Origin: Guillardia theta CCMP2712
Taxonomy: Eukaryota > Protista > Cryptophyta
Direction: 5' to 3'
DNA: 64,000 nt
Assembly (NCBI RefSeq): GCF_000315625.1
Contig: NW_005434609.1
Location: 133,236-197,235, forward strand
Part shown: positions 1 through 10,230 of the stretch, one piece after another
Layout of the letters: each line of letters opens with the position of its first letter
How positions within the stretch are numbered: position 1 is the stretch's first letter
Notes under the pieces: generated by a model
Told to the model about the DNA's origin: nothing
The model's input: the letters and a program-made list of their open reading frames with translations, nothing else
Databases searched by the model: none
Made by a program: the position numbers and the translations under genes

Positions 1-1353
1 CAGGGCGAGGCTGCAGCCATGTGCTGCTCAGAAGGTATGATGGAAGAGAGATGAGAGGAGGAGGAGGAGGAGGAGGAGGAGGACGGAAGAAGGGCGGGAG
101 AAGGGCTGAAGGGGAAGGATAGGCAAGGAAACATACGTCAAAGGTCACACATGCGAGGGAGGCGCAATGATTCTAGGAGAAAGGAATGCGAAGGTTTTGA
201 CAGGAGGGCTGATCGAAGAAACTATCAAAAACTCGATTGATTTGTGTAGATGTCTTTTTCTATCTGTGTTAATTTTTTCTCCTATCTTAGTCAATATATT
301 GTTTGTTTGTGCTTTCTGTAGCGGATGCCCTCGAGCATCGACCTGACGATAGACAATTATTGCAAAGAGCTGTGTGTTTTGCCTTTCTTGTGTGATAATT
401 AAATATTCTTGATGTTCAAGAGTTGAGGGATTTGATGTTGGTGTCCTTCTGTTCAATTCAGACTTGCGGGGCTGACTTGGTGTCAGGCTTTTGCAACGAA
501 GGTGGTTTCGAGGGTGAACATGCTGATGGAGGCGTTAAGGCCAAAGGATAAGATCCCAGTGAGTGTTTTCGGTTGATTGCGGGAACTTAGACTGACTTGA
601 CCATGCAGGCAGGGAAATCTATTGAAGCGCATATCAATGAACGGATTCGTTCGAGCGAAGCCAAGTATTTCATGGAAGAAGACAATTACAAACTTAATCG
701 AAATCCGATTCCATCAAAATCGAATGACGAACAGGATTTCCAGGAAGAGATTCGTCAAGATTCTTCTGAGTTGAGAGCAGCGAAGCTAGAATTGGATACT
801 ATCGACCGTTTCGTGGATGACCGCTCGACACATCTAGAATCGACCGTCGAGAAGATGCAGCAGGTGACAAAGACATCAGAATCAAAAATGCTGTAAGTCA
901 ACTTCTTCTCATCATCCTGATCAACGAACTGTTCTGACGATACAATGCAGGTTAGACGAACTTCGTAGAGTGGCGAATGATCGACTGGATAAACTTGAGA
1001 AATCTGCTGGAGGCAATGTTCTCCTCCGAAGACAAGTCAGTGCACAAAGACAAAGGATTCTTGACAGAATTGCAGTGTCGGAATCCAAACTCAACGAGTT
1101 GGACAACTCTATTCGTGAACTCAACGTGGATGAACCGCAAAGGCAAAGGGCCAAACTTGTGGACACAGAGATCATTCAGATGAGCAGTGGAATGTGGTTG
1201 CTTTACTTGCTAGGGGGCAGTACGCTCATATGCGGTTTAGTCGCTTCCAGTCTGCTGTTATCGGCACAGAAGGATGCGGAGTTTGCAAGGAAACTCCGAA
1301 AAACCATGCCCTACACGGCTGGAGTGCTGGACATGGTGGGATTACCCAAATGA
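1..1353 (+). CDS. 5'-partial multi-exon gene; coiled-coil protein with a C-terminal hydrophobic (TM) segment, function unknown
   Basis: ORFs 597..896 and 970..1353 can be joined by GT-AG introns (about 559-608 and 863-950). Heptad-like E/K/R/L-rich sequence is followed by a hydrophobic stretch MWLLYLLGGSTLICGLVASSLLLSA and a short tail. Confidence 0.6.
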
Positions 1354-1574
1354 AGATGTACAAGGTGGACAAGACATATTTTGAGAGAGCATGAAACTTC
1401 TGTCGTTCGTAATGCATAGATTGTGTCATACAACAAAGTTTTGCAACCTTCGTTAGAAACATTCTATGTGAACACATGTAGTAGCGAGAACAAACGCAGC
1501 AGATTTTCGGTTGAGCGTCAACAGTTTACTAGGAATAGTTACAGTCCGAAATGTCTCATTTCAGCATGGTCTGT

Positions 1575-1827
1575 TTACTTCCTGCGGTAGAAGTAATCCC
1601 ACTGGCGGCGAGCACGGCGCCAGTCATCATAGGAAGCCTGAGCATTGGCAAGGTAGTAGGCATCCTGGGCCTTCATGTAGTAGAAGCGCGCAGTCTTGTT
1701 GAAGTCAGCAGCCTGGGCGTAAAGAGCCGCCTGAACGATATTTGTAAGAATAACCATTGGGAGTTCAAAGATAACTTACGGCATGCTTGCCGTAGAGCTG
1801 CTCAGTCATTTGAAGATTCTCGAACAT
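1575..1827 (-). CDS. Small 67-aa two-exon protein (MFENLQMTEQLYGKHA|AALYAQAADFNKTARFYYMKAQDAYYLANAQASYDDWRRARRQWDYFYRRK)
   Basis: Exon 1827..1780, 49-nt phase-0 intron GTAAGT...CAG (1779..1731), exon 1730..1575 ending in TAA. Codons are C/G-ending biased. An upstream exon is possible because CAG precedes the ATG. Confidence 0.7.
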
Positions 1828-2812
1828 CTGCAGCCAAGGGTCAGATAACATCTCATCAGTCGCGCTTGGAAGATTGCTAATGTAATTTTCCTTGATTAGA
1901 GGTAAGTCAATGTCCATCTAATCTGCTTTGATTTGAAGAAAAAAATTGTTTGCACTCTCTGCAGCAATGTGATACTCTAAGCAAAGGTATGGCACATGCA
2001 CCCCTGAAATTTTCCTCTTCATTGACAGTGTTTCACTACTCAGCTTCACCAGGAAGTCTGCTTATTCTTGACGATTCTGAAATTCTTTGAGATATGATAC
2101 AAGTTCGTCTTATTTACACGTCAATGCCACCATAATGAATAAACATCATTCAAACCAAATCAGGAGGTCTAGCTCAGTCACGTGTACCACGCTTCTGTAC
2201 CACATGCTTGAAACATACACAGTTGAACAAGCGCAATCATATCAGCAAAACAGCATAGCAAGGTTGATACAAGAAAGCTCAGGGCAAATGCAGCATGAGG
2301 GAAATAGGCAGAACATGTCGCGTCGCGGCATGCAGTACGAGGTTACCTGTTCTATTTCCGTCGAAACGAATGAGGGCAAAGGCAGGGGAGGGTAATCCAT
2401 CCTGTAGGGTGGGGTACATTCTCATAGTAGGGGTGGCTATGAAAGAATTCCAGACTGTTACGGGTACTTTTAAATATTGAATCTGGGGGTACAGCACGGG
2501 ATAGGTATTCTGAAGGGCGGGGGTAGGGTATTTGTTCGTCCAGGTAAACAGGGGTGGGTATTTGAAGGACATGGGGTAGAGCGCCACTTTCTACGACCAC
2601 CACACCTCAAGATGCAGGACCTAATGATCGACTTGGAGGGGGTGGGGTAATATTAAAGGGGGTCCGGGAAGGAAGTACAAGGGGTGGGTGTTTCCAACAG
2701 CGTTTCCAATTTAGACAGGGACATGAGGGCGATGAACTCGATGTTGAAGGGATGGCCCGTCCGTGCCAAAGAGCTCTATAACGGGAACGCAACGGTTGTC
2801 TCTTCGTCCGCC

Positions 2813-3742
2813 ATGCTCAAACTGATCTTCGGGGCTGGGCTGGCGCTGGCATGCGTTCTGGCGCTGCTGTTGACGAGGGGGGCGGATGAGGTGGAATTGC
2901 TTCAGAAGCAGAGGAGCATCCTCAAGGTGCACAGTGTGTCCTACTACCAGAGCCTAGCAGACGCAGACAGATGGGAGATGGGGCCACACACGGGAGCCTC
3001 CCTTGAAGGAAGGACACAGCTGCTGGATCAAGTGTCTGGGGATGTGGGGATGAGGTCGAGATTCGAAGCATTGACCAAACAGTGCTCTGATGGCAGCGAT
3101 CAGGCATGTTTGGAGATAGCGCAGAACAAGCAATATCTGAACCAGTTGTCCACCACTGTTCACCACAAGAGGCCCGCCAGAGCTTCACGAGCGTCTCCAT
3201 CAAGCAATCAAATGAACTTGCAGGCAGTGTCGAAACAGTTGGAGCCTTTGAAGAAGCTGAGTGCGTACTCCAAGACGTACCAGGACATGGCGGATGTGAA
3301 GGGACTGTGGGACTCGTCGAAATGGCAATCCGGGGCATTGGGAGACGTGGTTTCAAGTCAATGGTTGGAGGCGTGTTCGGAGGGGAATCAGGCAGCGTGC
3401 AACCACATTGCCAGGAGTAACGGTGCGCTAAACCAGCTCTTGCAATCTAGCATTCAACCAGGGCCCCCTATCGAGGCGTACATGCCCTCCGACGCTCCCA
3501 AGCCTGTCTTTGTGAAGCCGAAACCTCCTCAGCCTGGATTGTTCACGAGCTTCATGCAAGCTCTTGGGTTGAGTGACGAGTTTGATAACAGTGGCGTCAC
3601 GGCAGAAAAAATTCCAAAGATGCTTCCAGACAACGGGTTCAGCAGGGCTCCAAAGTACAAGGCTGTATGGAACGACGGGACTATTGCGCCAAGTTTGTCC
3701 GACAATGCTGGAAACAAGGACTTGTTCCCAGCTTTCCAGTGA
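2813..3742 (+). CDS. Signal-anchored/secreted hypothetical protein with two CSxGxxxAC motifs
   Basis: Intronless ORF (track 2684..3742); likely start ATG at 2813 or 2722. Hydrophobic LIFGAGLALACVLALLL; internal repeats QCSDGSDQACLEI and ACSEGNQAACNHI. Confidence 0.7.
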   Translation: MLKLIFGAGLALACVLALLLTRGADEVELLQKQRSILKVHSVSYYQSLADADRWEMGPHTGASLEGRTQLLDQVSGDVGMRSRFEALTKQCSDGSDQACLEIAQNKQYLNQLSTTVHHKRPARASRASPSSNQMNLQAVSKQLEPLKKLSAYSKTYQDMADVKGLWDSSKWQSGALGDVVSSQWLEACSEGNQAACNHIARSNGALNQLLQSSIQPGPPIEAYMPSDAPKPVFVKPKPPQPGLFTSFMQALGLSDEFDNSGVTAEKIPKMLPDNGFSRAPKYKAVWNDGTIAPSLSDNAGNKDLFPAFQ

Positions 3743-5104
3743 GTTCATAATGATTTCATTCTTCTTCTCTACCCTCTACCTGCGATTTCTTGTTGGTTTG
3801 ACTCCCGCTCTCGCAGTGAATCGCTGTTCTCCGACAGTGTGAAGCCAAGCGCGCCAAGCACTGAGTATCACTAGAGCGAAGGCATTCCACTAACTCTGCT
3901 GTGCTGGAGGACATACTGTGTTGTTATTGTTGTCAATTCTCTCTCTCTCTCTCTCTCTCGTCCATCCACTTTTCCTTTTTGACTCTGTTTACTAAAGAAT
4001 TCCAATCTTGCTAAGTTGCAAAGCGGTACAGGAGCGAAATAGTGTGCCCGAGCTATTTCCTCGGTTCCCTCCTCACCTATCTTACACTTGAAGCACACAT
4101 CCTAGCCCACTTCAGGAAGAGTATATCTGTTCATCAGTGGAGTACCCGGCAGAAATAGTAGTGTATACCAACTTACTTACCAACAGTCGATGTACAAGTC
4201 AACGGTATGTGGAAACATAACAAGATCACATGAACTGCAAGACGAGAGCTGATGTTGCTGTCACGGAATGCTTTGAGCGATACAGAGGTGTGGTTTACAT
4301 GGTCCAACTTCTTGATCTTTTTTTAACCTTTTTTATCTTTTTTTCAGCTTTTTTTTAGCTTTTTTCCTACTCGCAACAATGAGGGCTTTCCAGGGCCCCC
4401 CACCCTCACCCCCAATTCATGACTTATTGCACCGAGAAGTACCGGTCATAAAACAGTGTGGCACTCATACAAGGGTGGGTACGTAATACACCCACCCCCT
4501 CAAAACTACTCCCTTGCAAGAATTTCCCCGATGAAAATGAGGGAAAAGAGGTTTGAGGATTTAGAGGGGGAGCGAGGAGCAGGAGGAGAAGGGAGAAGGC
4601 GAACGAGGAGAAGGAAGAGGATGGAGATGAATGAGAAGGCTGAGTGGATGAGTATACTCAGGTACGAGGTAGTACAAGATAGCAAACAAAGAGATTTTTC
4701 CAGATTCGATTGAAGGTAAGAGGGACACTGATTTTGAGCAAGCTGATACAAAGGATGTTCGATGGAGAAGAGCGAGCAGGAAATAGTAGCCGTATGATAT
4801 GATAGCAAAGGATGAGATAAGTGCAAGAATTGAGCGCGGAATGCTGAGATGGGAGATGGTAGTGTCCCAAAACCGGGGAGTATGATATCGCATAATGACT
4901 TCTTGGAAAAAAGAGAGGATGAAGATGTAAATTTTAAGATGCCGAAGAGAAAATACGGAAATACCATCGTCAGCCTCGTGTTGCTGACAGCTTGTTGTGT
5001 TTTCCAGATGGATCGCCGTGGGATGCCAACAGATTAAGCTTGCTTCGCAAGACACTTGATTGTTTGCTGCTGAGAATTACTTTGCTCTGATTGTTGGCAT
5101 TGAG

Positions 5105-7429
5105 ATGCCATATCGTGAGAACATTGAAGATGGGGAAGACGACAACATTCCACTACATGAGAGTAAGATGAGCTGCCGGTTTGCCTGGTTGGTTCTGATG
5201 TTTGATCTTTGCGACAGATGTGAACGCCAAAGGAAAACCTCGGTCATCGATCCTCTCGAAGTTTGTTTTCCACGATGAGACGGACGGGAGTGAGGAGAAG
5301 AGCTTCAGGCTCAAGCATGTCCTCTTGTTGTGCTTCGGATGCTTCGTGCTCGGCTGTGTGGTAGCTTCGCTCTTTGCGGGAACAGGGAAACCTTGCGTAA
5401 GAAGCTCGATCGACGAGGCTCAAGTTGTGCCGCCTGCAGGAGTCGATCCTCCAGCTCCACACGAGAGCCCGAGTCCTACTCCTCTCCCTCCTGCGATCCA
5501 GGACGAGATCGAGGGGATGAAGAAGGATCTGGACAAGTTGGTGGACTATCACGTGGCAGGAGCAGGCAAAGGAGTAGCGTACAGACGCACTGCAGACTTC
5601 GTGGACAGGTATGGCCACAGGTTCACAGGGACAGAGAACCTTGAGAGGTCAATCGACCATCTTGAGTCGATTGTCAGGCAAGATGGCTTCAACGACGTTC
5701 ACTTCGAGTCCGTCAGCGTTCCTCGCTGGGTCAGGGGGGAAGAAAGGTGTGTGCTGCTGTCGCCACTGGTGGGCAATGCAACCAAGAAGCTTCCGATGCT
5801 CGGGCTTGGTTTCAGCGTGGGGACAGGGATGGAAGGGATCACTTCCGATGTCGTAGTCGTGAATTCCTTCGAGGATCTTGCCATGAAGTCAGACAAGGTG
5901 CGAGGTAAGATTGTGCTCTTCAACTTCCCTTGGACGAAGTACGGAGAGTGTACACCTTACCGCTACCTTGGAGCCTCGTTTGCGGCCAAGTACGGAGCTG
6001 TTGCGGTTCTTATCCGCTCCCTTGCGTCCTTCTCTCTCTCTACACCCCACACTGGGTCGATGGGCTACATCAAGGGTGTCTTCGATGCAAAGTCAGCCAA
6101 GAACTATCAGGCAAGGATACCAGAGGCCCTCTTCGGAGATTATTCACAAGTGGAAAAGATCCCATCAGCCGCTATCACAGCAGAGGATGCAGCGATGCTG
6201 CAGCGCATGCAGGAGCGAGGAGACAAGGTTGTTGTCCAGCTGCATATGAGCGCTCAGACCTTGAGTAATACGCCGAGTCGCAACACCATTGTGGAGATCA
6301 AGGGCTCCAAGTACCCCGACGAAGTTGTGATCGTGAGCGGGCATATCGATTCTTGGGATGTTGGGCAAGGGGCGATCGATGATGCGGGCCCGTCGTTTGT
6401 GGCCTACCAGGTAGTCAAGGCTGTGAAGGACCTCGGGCTGAAACCCAAGAGGACGTTACGAATGATCTTCTGGACTGCCGAGGAGGTTGGGGTTGTGGGG
6501 GGGAGGCAGTACTACGAAGATCACAAGGGCGAAGCAGACAAGATCTCCATGGTCATCGAGCTCGACTATAGCATCTTCACCGCGACTGGCGCGAGCTTGC
6601 GATCAGATGCGCCGACGCTTCTGGTCATGAGAGCAGTGGGAGAGTCTCTTGCCCGCATCGGTGGCTCGCATGTGTTCGCTGACGCAGGGTTCACCACATC
6701 CGACATGGGGAGGTTCGTCGAATCCCATCAGATCCCTGCCCTCACTGTTGCGCAAGTCCCCAAGTGAGTGCTTGAGTCACAGGAACATGAAGGGAGAGGA
6801 AGGGAGAGGGAGAAGGGGGGGGGGCAAGGGCAGAGTAAGTAGAGAGAAACAGACTAATACAAGTGGAGTGGGTCACAGGGTATCCGACTGAACTTTTCTC
6901 AGTGGCATTGGGCAAGTACGGCAGGATGGAAAATCTCCTTTCCCGCAAGACTTTCAGGGAGATTACTTCTTCTACCATCACACCGACGCTGACAACATGC
7001 TGGTAAGCAACTTTTCCCCTCCCTTCCCCTCCTTCAGACTCTCCCTGAAAGCGCCGTCTTTTTCCACATCCCTCCTCCTCCTCCTTCTCCTTCTATCCCT
7101 TGCACCTCGTCAACTCTTCCTCCCCTTGACTCTTGGCCGAACAGGCGCTGCAACCCTCTCAGATGGACAGAGCGGCTGCTGTGATCTCCGTGCATGCGTT
7201 CGCTGCGGCTTCCTTGGAAGCCATCTTCTCAAGTAAGCAGCAGCCTGCAATGCGGGAGGGAAGTGACTTTTGCCAACAGGAGGTCCTCCTGTCAAGGAGG
7301 ACAGCACTGCAATGTGCATTGCCGCATCTGGGGTTTGCAAATAAATTACGTAATGGAAACGTTTCCTGTGAGGGCAGCGTTGGAGTTTTCCTCGCTCTGT
7401 TACTTGCGAGAAGAAGAGAAGGAATGTAA
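5105..7429 (+). CDS. CPQ: Carboxypeptidase Q (plasma glutamate carboxypeptidase, peptidase M28 with PA domain), type II membrane-anchored
   Basis: Exons 5105-5162, 5218-6763, 6903-7002 and 7145-onward have matching splice phases. Motifs: SGHIDSWDVGQGAIDD, WTAEEVG, GKIVLFN (PA domain), YFFYHHTDADNM, QMDRAAAV. N-terminal TM segment. The 3' end is uncertain. Confidence 0.9.
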
Positions 7430-7670
7430 ATCAAGAGGAGTGAATGAAGAGTGATTCAAGATAATTTCTTTGAAATGTAAAGGTTTACATAAATTGAGGA
7501 AAAAAATTGGAGGAAAGGAAAGAAAACACCATCGGAAACGGATGACATCCTTACATACTGAGCTTGCTCAACCGAGGTAGACTGGACTGCATTGATAAGA
7601 GGCGGGCAGCAATGCTGTATGCTTACACCTGCTGGGCCATCCACAAGCTTGCCATGATTCACCAAGCACG

Positions 7671-8372
7671 TCAGTTCGAACCCATCATGTCATTGCCGGA
7701 CTGCTCCCAGGACAAGTAAGATTGCAATGGCAGCCTATGATTGGGTGTGATGGCTGTAGGAGGAGGGACGAAGGAGTCGTCATTGGAAAACTCGCGCTCT
7801 TGGCTGTTTTCCTGCACTACCTGGTTGGCAAGATCCTCGAAAGGCCCGTCCTGTGACTGTACATCGACAAACGAGTCCAGATCGTCCTGGTGCGAGTCCT
7901 GACGAGCCTTCTCAGCTTTCTCCCATTCTTGCGATCGTTTGATCAGCTTGTCGTAGATGTCATCCACAGGCTTCCATGTATCGTCATGATGCTCCTTGTC
8001 CCAATACCCGGCTCCCACCGCACGTTGCCCATTCTGCATGTCCGAGGCTCCATTGAGCATCTGCTGCTTTCCGCCGACCTTGAGAGCCGATAGTTCCTTC
8101 TTCAGGATCTTGATCTGTTTGTCCTCCAACCTTGCCAGCGCTGCCTCCTTGTGCGCTTGCTCCTTCAACAAGTTCACCCTAGGGTCGCTCCCTCGGAGCA
8201 ACCCTTGCTTCATCGCAAGTACATCTCTTGCTCGCTGCCCATCCCCCATCGATGCTCCTCCTTGTTTGTCCCTCACCCCATCTTCCTGCATCATCGCAAC
8301 CGCCACCATGGCGCCGATCGCCAGCACCGCCCCCACCCACTTCATCATGCTGCCATACCCTATTTTCGTCAC
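7671..8372 (-). CDS. Signal-anchored/secreted hypothetical protein, 233 aa, with short coiled coils
   Basis: Intronless ORF; hydrophobic WVGAVLAIGAMVAVAMM; coiled-coil segment LLKEQAHKEAALARLEDKQIKILKKEL; KQQML motif. Confidence 0.7.
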   Translation of the reverse strand: MTKIGYGSMMKWVGAVLAIGAMVAVAMMQEDGVRDKQGGASMGDGQRARDVLAMKQGLLRGSDPRVNLLKEQAHKEAALARLEDKQIKILKKELSALKVGGKQQMLNGASDMQNGQRAVGAGYWDKEHHDDTWKPVDDIYDKLIKRSQEWEKAEKARQDSHQDDLDSFVDVQSQDGPFEDLANQVVQENSQEREFSNDDSFVPPPTAITPNHRLPLQSYLSWEQSGNDMMGSN

Positions 8373-8489
8373 CCACTACCCTACCCCTACCCTACTCTTG
8401 ACCTGAAAACACCCCTACCAACCCTTGCCACCACCACCCGTTCTAATCAGGACAATTGTACCCCACCATACTACTACAGAGTCCTTGCC

Positions 8490-9135
8490 GCATTGGGCCC
8501 GCGGCCGGGCCGCGCCGCCGGCCCCGGGCGCCGGCCGCACCGGGTGTCCTGGCGCATTCGGATCGTCGGACAGTGGCGCCGCCCGGCCGGGTGCCGGGCC
8601 GGGGGGGTGGGGGGGGGGCGGTGTGGGGCTGCCCGACGAAATTCCGGCGCGCCACTACCAGCCAGGCCCGGAAAGTGACGCCGGCCGGCGCCGTTCCGGT
8701 GGCAGCCTCGGAACTCAGTCCGATCACTGCCCGGCGGTGACCGTCTGAGGCTGTGATGCCAGTCACAGTGCCGCGAGTCCGCGGCACCGCGACGGACGGT
8801 CCCGGATGGGGACCGTCATGCGGAGACCGTCGGGCGGCCTGCCCAAGCTGTGCCGCGTCACGGTCCGATCTGGCCCGTCCGGCCCGGGGAATCCGGGCCC
8901 ACTCAGCGCCGGACTCCGGGGGCGGTAATCAGCACAAGTCCGACTCGGAGCCAGTGCCACGGTGGGCCCTGCCTGCTCCTGGCCACCGTCACACGGCCAT
9001 CATGGCATGGCGGCACGGTGAGCGGCACGGTGCCCGCGGCGGCGGGCCGGGCCGCCACCCGGGCCGGGACTCAGTGAGACCCGGCATTTCCTCTCCACCA
9101 GTAGAAACCCGGAGGAAAAGAGGCCCGGGGTCCTC
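8490..9135. other. GC/CpG-rich intergenic island rich in CCGG, GGCC and GTGAC/GTCAC/TGAGT words
   Basis: Abrupt composition shift between the divergent genes at 8372(-) and 9325(+). ORFs here are low-complexity A/G/P/R. Confidence 0.7.
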
Positions 9136-9324
9136 ATGTGATAACTGATGTGATGAAGGGTAGGTCCGGTATAGTGTACGGTAGTGTTTCCTGCCAGTTC
9201 CTGGGGTGGGGAGTCGGAGGGCTCATGGAGACGAGGAGGCGCGATGAGAATGAGGGGAAGAGAAGAGAGGAAGAAGACGATGCTGGGGCATGACGAAGAC
9301 CTGTGAACGAGAGAGTCTGCAAGG

Positions 9325-10197
9325 ATGAACATAGCTCGGTTGTTCATCCTAGCATGCTACCTTGACCTCACGTGTTCTCTTCAGTCCTTGATCGGTGGCA
9401 GCATATCATGGATTGTAAACACAAACTTCACTCGTGATATCGCCTCTAGAAATGTCATATTCAGGATCGATGCGACTTTTGTTCTCCCTCAAAACTCGCA
9501 ATGTAAATTTGCGGAAAACAGTCAGGTCGATTGCTCTGCATACGACATGGCAATACCCGATTGTCCTGCAAATGGGAACTGTGGGATTGCAGAAAATTTC
9601 GGAGTCCTGTGTATTGCACAGCTGGTGCCGCAAGGGGCTGGTGGGATGAAGTCAAAGTACACGAGCAACAGCTCTCAGTGCGCGTCAGACGCCACCAGTG
9701 ATATCATCGGATGTTCACCAGGCACTTCATGCAGTAGCAAGATAGGCAAATCCAACACTTTAATCTTGACCGACATCTGGAACGAGCCAAACCTGCCTCT
9801 GTCCTCAGCCTATGCTCCGAATGGGGTAAGCATGTTGAAAGGCTACATGGAGCATACTGTTCAAGTTGATGAGGACGTCGTCGCTCTCGTCGCTTGGCTT
9901 GCTCCCAGGAAAGGGTTCGACAATCTAGATCAGTCGACGGGGCTGTTGCTCAACGGTTGTTCTACCAACTCCCCGCCATGTCTTGCGAATGAGTGCAGCC
10001 TTTGGCGGGTACCGTTACCGAATGCGTATGGATATGGAGGAGCAGCTTTTTACGAGGACTCATCGTCCATCAATGATCTTTACTGGCGAAACTTTTTCTT
10101 TGAGTGCTCCCCTGCTCTGCCAGGCGTGAACTGCCTTCGAGGAGCTTCCCCAGCACTTGAAACATTTGTTCCTCTCTGCTCCAAACTGTATAGCTCG

Positions 10198-10230
<33 letters not shown>

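Noticed and set aside
8151-9148. Overlapping A/G/P/R-rich ORFs in the GC island (likewise 56740-57484)
   Set aside because: Explained by stop-codon scarcity in very GC-rich DNA.
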